Below, piece after piece: positions 1-11,520 of a stretch of DNA of 64,000 nucleotides; position 1 is the stretch's first letter, and each line of letters starts with the position of its first letter. The notes beneath the pieces are model-generated. The model was not told the origin of the DNA and searched no databases. It worked only from the letters and a program-made list of their open reading frames with translations. The position numbers were made by a program, and so were the translations under genes. The stretch lies in the NCBI GenBank assembly GCA_051530055.1, contig CM121341.1:15974784-16038783 (forward strand), written 5' to 3'. This DNA is from Neoechinorhynchus agilis (taxonomy: Eukaryota; Animalia; Acanthocephala).

Positions 1-960
1 AACTCGGTTAAGGGAAAAACTCCTGAAACTCGGCAATTTGTGTACCGAATGGAAATGTACAGTTTGAACGTTTCTACGATTTTCTGGACGCACCTGAATT
101 TTAGTAAAACTTAAACCTTATTAAAGGATAAAGCCACAAGAATCGTGGAATAGGGCGGTAGTTTAATAATGTAGGTTTGAAGAAAGGTTGTTAATAAATA
201 TCGAAAATGTGGATACAACGAGCGTTTGCTCATTGCAGCTCGATTACTGACCTGGAACATGAATTGGAATTTCTCTTGGATTTATAGCTACGGATGGGTT
301 ATCCGTTGAATCTGGTTAGGAGGGTGATCAGTAGCGCTAGGTTTGAAAGGCCGACAGACGTGACATCGGATAAGGATCGTGTGTTTCTTGATTTGCCGTT
401 TATTGACGATTCCTCCTATCAGAGTTTATCCAGGGTTTTATTAACAAGCCACCAGAGCAAACGTACGCTCTTCTATTCCAAACGGAGGAAGAATCTTCAT
501 GGCCTGATCTGTCCGAGCAATCGTGAAGGCCCAAGTGGTGCAGTATATAGAATATCCTGCTCGGATTGTGATCGCTGCTACATTGGCCAGACAAATAACT
601 TTGGGAGGGGGAGGAAGGAGCATCGCTATTCACTGAAGAAACAGGGCACGAACTCCGCTGTGGTTTCCCACTCTCTGACTACGGGCCATAAGATCGATAT
701 TAACGACGCATATTTGTTGGTACGCAATGACCATAAGGTTGAGCGTGTTATTATCGAGGCCATGTTCATTCAGGGAACCAATACTTTCGCGGTAAACAAG
801 ATAGATTATTCCCTAAAGTTGAGGATACCTACTGATAAGACAATGAGGCTGCCAAATTAATTTTTAGATAATTGACTGAAGAAGTCCAGTGTGATTGGAC
901 GAAATATTTCAATTATAGTGATTCTTGGATATATAACTCTTCCCCACTTCCACATACTCA
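1..960 (+). mobile_element. Penelope-like element remnant (degenerate RT end plus GIY-YIG endonuclease, ORF 294..860)
   Basis: ORF contains GAVYRISCSDCDRCYIGQT...KEH...HSLTTGHKID, the typical PLE GIY-YIG with CxxC; a hammerhead motif follows the stop codon. Confidence 0.85.
868..916 (+). ncRNA. Minimal type I hammerhead ribozyme (Penelope-type)
   Basis: Stem I ATAATTGA/TCAATTAT, core CTGAAGA at 876-882, stem II GTCCA/TGGAC, GAAA at 901-904, palindromic loopless stem III ATAT as in dimer-cleaving PLE hammerheads. Confidence 0.8.
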
Positions 961-1493
961 TGGAATTTATCTTTAAATATCGAAAAACAATCGAGAAGCT
1001 TTCATCGATACGATATGCTTAACATTAGGTTCTGACAATAAATAAAGAGCCACTAACTGAGCATTTATTATTTTCTAATTAGCTCGAAAGCACTCTTCAA
1101 AATTTGATGAATTTCTTAATTATAGAATGCTCGCAATTCACACGAATTCCACGTAGCGATTAAGAAGTGCTAAAATACCAAAGGAACTCTTAAATCCAGG
1201 GGAATTCACCGGAGATAATGATGAGATTTACGGCAAAAAAGAATTCCCCTTCCAAGTCTACGAAACACAAAAGAACGTTTTCTTTTGTTTTTATGTGGTT
1301 TTCAATGATGGGTGATCCATTGTTCTTTTTTATTTAGATTCACACATATTCCTCGTTACGAAAACTATGCATTGAATAATTAGCCCTTTTTACGAATTTT
1401 AACGATTTAAGTTTTTTCAACAAATCTGTTGAGCGTGAATTTCCACCCGTTTAAATGCGTTAGAAAATTAAATGCACTTGGTTGTTTCAGAAT

Positions 1494-3839
1494 ATGGCAA
1501 TTGAACACTTGGATATGGAACTAAAGATCAAAACATGGGTTGAAGAGTACAAGCGAATGAGTGACGATAAATTCTGCTATGATTCATTCACATTTTCGAA
1601 ATTTGATAATTTGCAAACATTAATCGATATTGAAGGAATCTACGAGATATCTGCACCATTAAAGAACTACCATAAAGTATCCGCTGGATCAATTATATTT
1701 CCTCTAAATTGGTAATGCTCAATGAATAATCTCTGGTGGTTTAGAAGGATTCCAAACTTAAGTAAAAATAACAGACTATTTCTCGTAAGCTTCTAAGGTG
1801 TAAATGTTTTGATAGATTTCTAGAAAATTGCACTTTAATTTTTTTCTCAGAGCAAGCACCGTCGTTGATAGTAGCCAGCTTAATTTTCTTTTTGAAATTG
1901 GGTATTATCTCATTACACAACGATCTTCAACTGCAAGGTAGCGTCGTCGTTTCCGGTTGCACAAGACCGATAGCAGAAAACACTGTAACCCACAACTCTC
2001 AGTCATCAGTAATAATCTTAAAAAAATGCAAAAACCCCAAAAAAATCCTGGCCGAGATTCCAAATGAATATCTTGATATAGCATTGAGAACTCTGAGTGG
2101 CAAATACGAAAAACCGGATATTTTTAATACCCACGAGGAAATATACCGAAATTTTATGCAAAATCTGACACAGGTACAAATGGATTACTCGTTCAAATAT
2201 CCGATAAAAGTTCTACGACATCTTAAAGGCTGGTTTGAACAGAATGCCCTGATTTCAGTTGATGGTAATTTGTTTTGGCTTAAGTATTGCGTCTCTAATC
2301 GATATGTTGTACCGAGTTGGGTTCAAAAGCGATTACTTTTTCAGCAGGCAGTTTGCGATTGCACTGGCGATGAACTACATGTTCCGAAAATTATTTTAAG
2401 TTCTAATGGTGATCTCATGAAGATCTATGAAATGGACAGTAAGAGTAAGCTGATCGTATATATCCTCGAGTATATACCTGAATCTGAGAGACCTTAATTA
2501 GGTCGTCGAGAGTGGTAAAATGCAAATTTCTATTCTTGGACGCATTACAGCTTTGCTTCACTCCAGGACCGCAGGAAATGAGCTTTTCATAAAACAAGAC
2601 GATACGTGTGAAGTTGGAGTCTTGATTTATTTCTTGAACGTGAAGGGAAAGTCCATTTTATTTATAAAGCTAAATAAGGGCGCATTAATGGAATCCGTTT
2701 TGGTTCCCGGTTTATATTCTCGCAACAACTAACTGATCGAGGGTATCTTAAAACATACAAATGTAGTTCTTGAAAAAATTATATTTTACTAGCATCGTAC
2801 AAACAGATTTGCCTGCTATGATTGCGCTAAGTCTTACAAGTGCTCAATCAATCTGTAAATTTGACTTTTTGTGGGTTTGCTACAAACAAAAAGCGCGTCG
2901 AGTTTCATAACACAATGAAACCGAATTTAAACTGTTGGGAATCTTATGCCTGACAATTCTGGTACTTTTTTAAGTGTCGTAAAACTACCTTCCATGGATG
3001 ATACCTGTTTCAGTGTCAAAGGGTTCAAAATCCATAATCGCCAATGACACAACCAGTGGGAACGAAATGATGCTGAAGGGAGGATACTTACCGATAAGTC
3101 CTGCCTCTTGGGGATATATCTGAGGATCTAGAGGTATGTACAAACTCATAACCGTATGGTTCAGGGTTTTAAGTGGTTTTATCCACTTCCCTGGCCCAGA
3201 TTGGGAGTCTAGCTGAATGCAAATATGCTTTGTGAATTCAGCCTAAGAGCCTTAAAAAGTAGAACTTTTAGATTTATGCTACAATGAACAGTTGTTGAAT
3301 TATACGGGAAAAATGCAGCTGAATCAAAGAACAGATTTTCAAAATTCGATTAAGTTCTATTGCTAATTTAAGAGCCAACAATTTTCTCCCCATCAGTATC
3401 AAGACTGTGCCAACTGCTTAAGCGCTGGCTCATAGAAACCATTGATTCTGACATCGACGAAACCATTTCATGTGTAATAAATTTGGTCCAAGACGAGGAT
3501 CGCCGAGATCTTCTTATCTCATGTCTTTCTCAAATGAGAATAGCTTGTAAAATGCACTACCCATGGATGCGGCGTCAATGGTGTCACGCGGATGTTCATG
3601 ATCAAAATGTCCTAATTTCTAAAGACGACCGCTTGTCGCTGATTGATTTTGGAGATGCTGTGTTCACTTATGTTGTAGTGGATGCTGCGTTCTTATTGTT
3701 CCGATCAACTTGTTTTACTCATCTAAACGTGAATGCTTTCTTTGAAACCGTCAAGCAATATAATGAAGGATTCAGGTTGAATCGAACGAAAGGCCCTGTA
3801 TGCGTTCATAATCGGACTTGGAGCACTGTCCATATCTGA
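1494..3839 (+). CDS. APH-family kinase, hydroxylysine-kinase-like (multi-exon; exon structure partly uncertain)
   Basis: Exons about 1494-1675, 1850-2480, 2502-2600 and 3397-3780. Motifs VPKIILSSNG...VYILEYIP, LGRITALLH, HADVHDQN and LIDFGD match the APH/HYKK fold. Confidence 0.6.
3020..3215 (+). repeat. Dispersed repeat (probable LINE coding remnant), homologous to 57150..57335
   Basis: By-eye alignment of both copies (shared TGCTGAAGGGAGGA and ATGTACAAACTC); translates DAEGRILTDK / TAEGRKLTDE, resembling the EN-RT linker of non-LTR elements. Confidence 0.55.
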
Positions 3840-4361
3840 CGCGTATGAATCACTAGTCCATGACCCGAATCGAGCTGTGGAATGAAATATTTATATTGAC
3901 CGATGCTTCGAAGCACTCCGATTTTTCGTAAGCGATTCGCATTGTTTGGAATATTTTTCAATATTTTAGAATTTCATATAAAAAACAAACACTTTTCTCC
4001 AAATAAATTGTTCTTTTGTGAATGGGTGAAAACGAATTTGAACCGCGCAAGTGTTTTTGCCGTCAGGGCAAAGATCGGGCTCCGGTTTGGTTCACAAATA
4101 TGCGACTATTCCTTAACTCATTTAGAGTTGCGAAATTTAAAGCTGAACAAATCTCGGCAGTTTTCGTTTTGAAATGAAAATTCCTCGCAATCGTGTTTAA
4201 ACTCTTATTGGCAGAATTCCTTTCACGCGTTTATTTGTGCTCTTGATTTTGCAATATCAGCTTGTCCTGCTTCCGACGACAATTTTCGGATTGCGGAGTG
4301 CCCATTGCAAAGCAAATCAATTGTTTTATCCTTTTCAACCTTCAAGTGCGAATATAGCATT

Positions 4362-4410
4362 TAAACAACCTGAAGAAGTCCGGCGAGACGGAGGAAATAT
4401 TGAGAACAAT
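4362..4410 (+). ncRNA. Degenerate hammerhead-like motif
   Basis: CTGAAGA-AGTCCG..CGGAG-GAAATATT resembles the 868..916 ribozyme, but stem II has a mismatch and stem I is lost. Confidence 0.4.
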
Positions 4411-5419
4411 AAATCAATATCTATTTTTCTCATCACCAAAGAACACACAAACTTCTCATTATCGATCAATGGAACATAATCACAATAAACTATAGTGTTC
4501 AGGCACGTCTACTATCTCGAACATCTACTCTCCTTCAGCGTCTACTCTATCGCTCAACAAATCTATGAACAGTGAAAGGGACTCGGCTAAGTATTCTACT
4601 CTTATTTATGTTGCACTAAAGGAATGCTATGAACGAGTTACTGATACGACCCGTCCAATCGTAGCTGATCCATACAAAGTCTCAACTCTAAACTCGTTTC
4701 TATCATCGCTAATCACTTATCCCAACTCAAATTTTCGAATCTCTGCTGGACTTCTCTCTTTGGAATAATCAATCCTTCTATATCGGCAACTTGTAGCGAT
4801 TCCTCCTTTAATCCATCACCCGCGACGAGCAATGCAATATCAACCTCCCTCATTTCCGCCCCGGTTTCCGGTAATCCGAAATTCCCTTCCCCAACGTAAT
4901 CTACTCCAATACTCGTAGCCTCCTTCCTAAACTAAATGAAATTTCACTTATTTCATCTATCTCAAAAGCCAATGAAGTCATCTTAACAGAAACGTGGCTT
5001 AGCCCCTTCAACGGCGGTTAAGCCTTCTTTCCCGGGTACTCTTCCTTCCATACATACCGCGAGGACTCTCCAGAAGGGGGCCTCAATTTACGTACGGCAA
5101 TCGCTACCATGCTCTTTAGGCTCTCTACAAAACCCAGATTTAGAAAACATCGCAGTCGTCCTCCTGCCTCTCGTCCTGAGTCCTCTTCACGTCAAGTTGA
5201 TTCCATGATGGAGCTCATAAACTCCACAAATTCACATCATTTCTTAATTGCAGGGAACTTCAATAAACTATTTCCTCTTCTACCCTTCTCCGAGTTGCGT
5301 CAACTAATTGACTTCCACACTCGTCTCGACGCTCACGTCGACAGTGTTCACGAATATCGACACCTACTCATCCGCTTCTAAACTCACTCCCCCGCGAACT
5401 CTGACCACTCTTCAGCCAT

Positions 5420-6980
5420 TCACATTGTCAATTCTGACAACATCCGTCCATAAAAGTTTGCTTGGTATCTTGTCCGGAGTGCTTCTGACTAATTTTTCCA
5501 GATGTGGCGATCGCATGATGATTTCATTAAACGCTAAACGGAGCGAGTTGATGACGTCATGCTTTATGGATCGGAATCTAAGTCCTTCTTTTGATAGTAG
5601 CAGGAACATTGCACCGTTGTTAAGGAAGTGTGGTAGCCTTAAAGGTGGTTTGAGCCTTGTCTGCCAGTGCGATTCGATATCGTTGATTGATGTCATGCTC
5701 GAATCTGTTGCTCCCTCTATCCTCCCTAGGATTGATGGTACGGCGTAATCGTTTAACAAGTTAACTGACTGTGTAAATGAAAGTCCTTTGTTTTCGACAC
5801 GTTTAATGGTTTCGTCAATCTCTTGCCGGAACTCCTCGGTTCCATGTGTAGCCCATGTTTCTCCTCCAAGGTAGCGGAGCCTCTCATCGTCTGTTATTGA
5901 ATCGATCGGATACCCTTCCAAATTGACAATCGGCATCAGCTAAGTTGACGGCGCATGGTAGTAGACAAGGGGATTTTTTTGAGCCGTTAAGCAACTCCAC
6001 TGCCAGTCTCGACGTATTGGGAAAATATAATGCCCGATTGCGGCTACTTCTTAGCTTTCGATTTTGAAAGCGATTCAACTCTCTGTTGATTTTTTACCGA
6101 GATGACGAACGATTCTGCAACATGCTCTCGATTTCACTCGCAATCTTTCCCCACCAGGTGGGCAGCACGTCATAAGATCGACTCCGTAGAAGTTCGCGGA
6201 TGCTTCGATAACGAAGCGCGCCGATGGGACTTTTCCGACATTTAGGTCCGCAAGAATGTCCTCCTGGGATAAATTAGCATCAGGAACGATCGATGTGAGT
6301 TCAATGTAATACTCGCGATCAGCGTCAATTTCGTACATGATATCTCTTGAAACCTTCCTCCACTTTGCGCGATTTTTGAAAATAAAGAAGGACATTGCGC
6401 CTAGTGCCATACCTGGTGACTCGGATTTTAATTATGCGGAAGCCTCTAATTTTCGCCTGCGAGATCGTTCTTTTTCGAGAAACTTCATTTATCTAGGGCG
6501 CATGGAGGGCACAGACAGTGTACATTTTATCAATTCGGCCGCTTCTTTCGGCGTAAAGTTGCAGCCAGGTTCTTTGAGAAATTCCGACACTCGGACGACT
6601 CGTGATAACCTTGCTTCAAGGTTTTCTGTCGTGTCCTCTATCAAATCGACCGACTCCTGGAGTAAAAGTGTAATTCGGTTCTTCGGGACATTCGTCAAAA
6701 TTGGCGACTTGATGCTCTTCACCTAACTGACTTTCGGTCGAGGAAAGATATTTTCATCATAGGTAACTACGGGTGCCTACCTCGAGGTACGACCTCCAGT
6801 GCGACTCGCGATAGTGAGATCGCTAAAATCATTGGAGGGCATTGCCAAGGTAGGGCCATCGTGGTTTATCGCTGAGCTCTGGAGCTTTCCTGGCTGATGA
6901 TTATTATTACGAGGAATCGACTTAGCGCACTGCGTAAAGTGACTAATAGCGCTTAGCATTGTATTAGACACCTGAACTGT
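5420..6980 (-). mobile_element. R2/NeSL-like non-LTR element, internally deleted, with OTU-like domain
   Basis: ORF 5412..5936 (RLRYLG...LLNDYAVPSIL...LRLP...LSKEGL) resembles the R2-group RT thumb; ORF 6075..6410 plus in-frame GHY resembles OTU; RT core motifs not found. Confidence 0.55.
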
Positions 6981-8349
6981 ACACTACATGAGCGTCCCTA
7001 AGTTCGACAATATCCAAGAAATTCATTGGAATATGCAACCGTGACGCCTTCAAAATCACGCATCTATGGCCCATCGCAATAAATCACCAGACTTTCCCCG
7101 TTTAAAAAATCACTAACTCACAGAATACTTGTTGCCCGCAAAAACTTCCTTTCCTCCAAGTCATAGATTTCATCAATCCGAACCTCTGCCCTGACTCAAA
7201 TTACAATCATTGCTCCACACCAGACTCCACAAAACTTTCACTCCCACAACCGACACTTCTGTCAACTCTCAGATACTTCCCTTAGTTTCGCCATATGAGG
7301 TCTTGAAACATCTCAAGAAATTACTACGAAATTCGTCCTCTCATTCCGAAATTCCAAACTGGGCTCTTCGCTGCGTCATCCCCTAACTCACAGACCCTCT
7401 TACCCTCACTATAAATCGCACCTTTTTATATGACATCTATCCCTCGTGCCCGATAGCTGCTAAAGTGATCCGTCTTCCAAAAAAGGACATCCAATTTCCA
7501 CCGAATCATTCCGTCCAATATCCATTCTACCCGCTCTTTCAAAAGTCACCGAAGAATGTTTTAAATGCTTCCTTCTTCCACTTCTCACCGACAAACTATC
7601 GCCCCTCCAATTCGGCTCCCAGCTCCTTACGAAACCTCGACAATAATCCCCCCACGTCACTTACCTCATTCAACTGGATTTGTCGAAAACATTCTACTCC
7701 ATGGACCATTCACTCCATCTCAGGGCCTGTTCCGATTCAACTCGTGGCAGATTCGTGGGCTGCCTCTTATCTTCACAATCGCAAACAATACATTCACTGC
7801 CGAGCTACTTCCTCGATCACCCTATCCCTCGCCAAAGGCGTACCTCAAGGTGCCGTATTTTCACCACCTCTTTTTAATATTTTCTTAAGCCAACTTAAGC
7901 CTCTCTCCTCTCACTCTAAATTATTCTAATATGCCGACGACCTCACCCTCATCACTCAATCACCATCCCACCTCTCCTCTCTTTAACCTCTAACGAAATC
8001 ACACATAAATGATTTCTGCACTAATCACAAATTCCACCTGAATTTCTCTAAAATCTTCGAAATGATCCCCTCATTCTTCCGCTACCCCACATCCTCCCCC
8101 GAACTTCCAAGTGACATCCGAAGAGTAACCTCCCTCAGAATTTTGGGTCTCCAATTTCAATCAAATTTGAAATGGGACTCGCACATCACTCTCTCCCTCA
8201 AGCTAAACACCTTTAAAATTTATTTCCTCAAACGCCTCCAATATTTAGGAATCCCTTCACCCGATCTCTACAAATTTTACCTCAGCTTTATTTTATCATC
8301 CCTCAAGTACGGCTATCCCGTCTTTTGCAACTAATCCATATCACAACTC

Positions 8350-8871
8350 CTTCTTCTCATTCATGTATTTTTCGCTCTCTGTCGAGAGGTTGCGGTTCCC
8401 TCGACAACCAATTTATCCTGTTTGATGCAATCCACCCATCGTTTCTTCGGCCTTCCTCGTCGGCGATTTCCCGTTATTTCCAGTTTCTTCGTGCTGCGTT
8501 GCTTCGCACTTCGAAATTTTATCGTGCCAGTGCAACCTTCTTTGTAAGATCAACTCTGAACAGCTGCAATTGCCGAACAGCTCCCTGATGTCCACATTTC
8601 TTTTCTTATCCTTGAGAGTGTACCCTGCTGCCCATCTCAGCATCCTCATCTCGTTGGTTTCTAATCTTCTGAGGTCGTTTTGCTTGATCGTCCAAGTTTC
8701 TGCGCCATATAACATGGCTGTTCGCACCACGGTCTCGAACACCATCCCTTTCAGTTTCAGTGAGATCCTTTTGTCGCATAGTACACTAGACATCTTCCTC
8801 CAGTTGTGCCACCCGCTTTGTATACGAGCAGTTATTTCGGGTTCGAGGGAATTTGTCATATTTACCTCGAG
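8350..8871 (-). mobile_element. 5'-truncated RTE-clade LINE with 6-bp target site duplication
   Basis: ORF with MLYGAETWTIKQNDLRRLETNEMRMLRW; flanked by CAACTC at 8344-8349 and 8872-8877; removing it restores continuity with the L2-like copy at 14290-14875. Confidence 0.85.
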
Positions 8872-9797
8872 CAACTCTGTCGCCTTGAAATGTTTCACGG
8901 AGAAGAGCCTCTAGAATTTGCACAGTTGATTTTCCCCCCTCACTGAATGCCTTGATACTATTTTCATCAAACAATCAAAATGCTTCTCAACCCTACCACC
9001 ACAATTTTTTCCATGTGCCGCCCATTTTCACATGAGCAAAACACTCGCAATACTAATTCATTTCATCCTCCGTCGATCTCGCACCTCCCTACACCTACGG
9101 TCGTTTTGCATACTGCCCAATCTTCTCGGATAACAATAACCACCAACCCCCACCAGTAAGGAACTACGCCCTACCGGATATTTACACCCGAATGGACTTC
9201 AAAAATGAGCAACCGCGTGTTTGTGAGGACCCACAGGTACATGGGTATTGTTATTATTATAACCTTTTCATAAATTAGTCACTCATTTCATTTGACTGAG
9301 AATCTACATTTTTGGCAGTTTAATCACTAATTTTATTAATATCCAATACTTTAGGAATTAGTAGTTGATACATTTTCTTTACCTAAACCGACCTAAGCGT
9401 CTAGACTAAGTAGTCTATACTATTAAAGGTAATTAAGTTGCGCCTGAGACTGAATAGAAGAAGGCAATCACCGAACTTATTTTTGGGTGTCGTAAATCAA
9501 TAATAAATGCACTTTTACCGAGGAAAGTGACAAGATCTTAAATCCATGGCTTAGTCAATATGCTAAGAAAATATGGTAATATTTTAGACTTCCCCTTAAG
9601 GTGGCACAAAAATAGTCGATTAAAGATTAAGTATATTTGGCACAGCAGCATTTTCAAAATAATTTACGCGAATAAAACATTCAAGTAGCTTTTATAAAGG
9701 CACAAGGTTGTGTCGAAATATCGGATTCAATAAGTAAATTACTTCAGAATTTCCGCCATATAAATGCATGAACACTTTAATCTTCAAACGAAATAAT

Positions 9798-10921
9798 CTA
9801 TGTTGAATTATGACCACCACGTGAGGAATACTGATGTCTCTTTAACGCTCTTGAATATTGAGCCTCAAGATATTTGTAATTCTGGATCTTTTCCTTTAAT
9901 TCCAAAACAACGGACTTAAAGTGTGCACGTTCCACACAATCGGTTATTACAATCGTTGACCCTTGCTCGTCACAATATAGATCGCAAATACAAACATCTT
10001 TGATAGTTTTCCAGAACTTCTCTTCGTCTGTCATTAGCTTAGGTTTTACTTCCTTAAGATTATAATGACAACGGAAGTCAATATTTTCACTTGAAACTCT
10101 CGTCGTTTTAGATTTTCCTTCTTTCAATGCTCTCTTCTGCTTATGCTTTGATCTTTCCGCGAGGTACACTTTCTTCTCAAAGATTTCCTTCATTTTTTGG
10201 TAACCAATAGATTCCTGAGAAGTTTCAATTGTTTTGAAATAACGATCTCGCTCAAGTTTGAGTACCCCCTTTAAATATCTGAATCTATCTGTCCACTCAA
10301 TCAAATCCAGTTTCGAAATACGTAGCGACTAGATTTTGCTTAAAAATCAAGAAAGTCAAAAAGCAAAATCGAGTCTCCTTCGTTTTCCAAATCATTCTCA
10401 CTGATCCTTGCGGTGTATTCTTCTTGAATGTTCTTAGCAAAGACCATTAATTGCTTCCACGCATTGCGTGATCCCCATATTTGTAAAATTGCGTCGTTTA
10501 TACTGGGCTCTGAAATAAGATTCTGCTTTTCCAAAATCCCATCTTTGCCCCAAAGACCGGTTTCGAGGACGAAAATTCGTTCTCTAGTCTTGACGCTTCT
10601 GTATCGCTCCACCTCTTTCCTTAATATCTCAGCTAATTCGAAAGTTGCCTCAATTCGTTCGCGATTCATTGATTTTACTTCAATGTCTTGTACAAGCTCA
10701 AATCCACTTCGATTTTCTGAAAGCATTTGTTTCAAGAAATCGTCCAACATCTTGAATTCTTGGTGATTTACTAACTGCGTGCTCGCGATCTTTTCTTTCA
10801 AAGCTTCAACTGATTCATGGGCATTTAGTTTTTGATCAGTTTGAATGGGAACTTCTCTTTTTATACCTAATAATTTAAAACGGGGCACTTTACGTCGCTT
10901 GCGAACCATTTGCGCACCCAA
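9798..10921 (-). CDS. Orphan protein, two consecutive ORFs (10340..10921 and 9798..10304) probably one gene or pseudogene
   Basis: Two long same-strand ORFs separated by a T-rich ~47-nt segment ending in TAG; basic NLS-like KRRK; no family recognised. Confidence 0.45.
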
Positions 10922-10944
10922 TAGAGGTAGTTATCGGTTGGTGG

Positions 10945-11310
10945 CTTCCAGAATGCTGTTTCCATGGGTACCGTTTTTCTTTTTGAATGCCGATGAAATA
11001 TACTAGGATAAACTTTTCCAAAGGCTAATGAAGCAGCACTCAGCCCTGACCTCACTATTGATACAAATATTTAATTCGCCACTGTTACCGCCACTGAGGA
11101 TCGCAAAAAGACAAAATACAGGAACTTCGGTCGAAATCATTATTTCGTGCCCTTTGACGTCGAGACACTCGGGTACTCTGGTACTGCGGCGCAGGACCTG
11201 GTCAAGCAATTGTCCAAGATACTCAGAAGAATAACTGATGATCCGAGGGTACCAAAACATAAGTCTGGCTGTGTTGCGGGAGAATGCTGCACCTGTCCTT
11301 TCGACTATTA
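10945..11310 (+). mobile_element. CRE-like RLE LINE 3' fragment (degenerate)
   Basis: FPW..., PFDVETLGYSGTAAQDLVKQLSKILRRITDDPR, homologous to the copy at 35700-35990. Confidence 0.75.
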
Positions 11311-11520
11311 CAACAGGATGGCAATCAAAAAGAAAATTATGACGATGTGTGTGCTGAATAAAACCGAATTCGTAAAAGCAATCATGATACTTTTGCGGAG
11401 TATCTTTAAAAATGATGCAACGAACATAATTAAATTTGGTCGATTTGACCTACCGTTTAATAACAAACAATCGAAGACAATTTTTTGTACAAGCACATAA
11501 AGCTCAGTTTCGTATCAACT

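Larger units (their letters stand above)
4490..9260 (+). mobile_element. L2/CR1-like LINE (APE about 4490-5420, RT about 6990-8349, 3' end 8872-9260) interrupted by two nested insertions
   Basis: APE motifs (LTETWL, IAGNFN, SDH) and RT motifs (GVPQGAVFSPPLFNIF, YADD, LRILGLQF) across frameshifts; 3' end GAGGACCCACAGGTACATGGG followed by a (TTA)n tail. Confidence 0.8.

Noticed and set aside
3084-3092. ATACTTACC, identical to the U1 snRNA 5' end
   Set aside because: No U1 stem-loops or Sm site follow, and the homologous repeat copy at 57.2 kb reads AAACTCACT; chance match within a LINE remnant.
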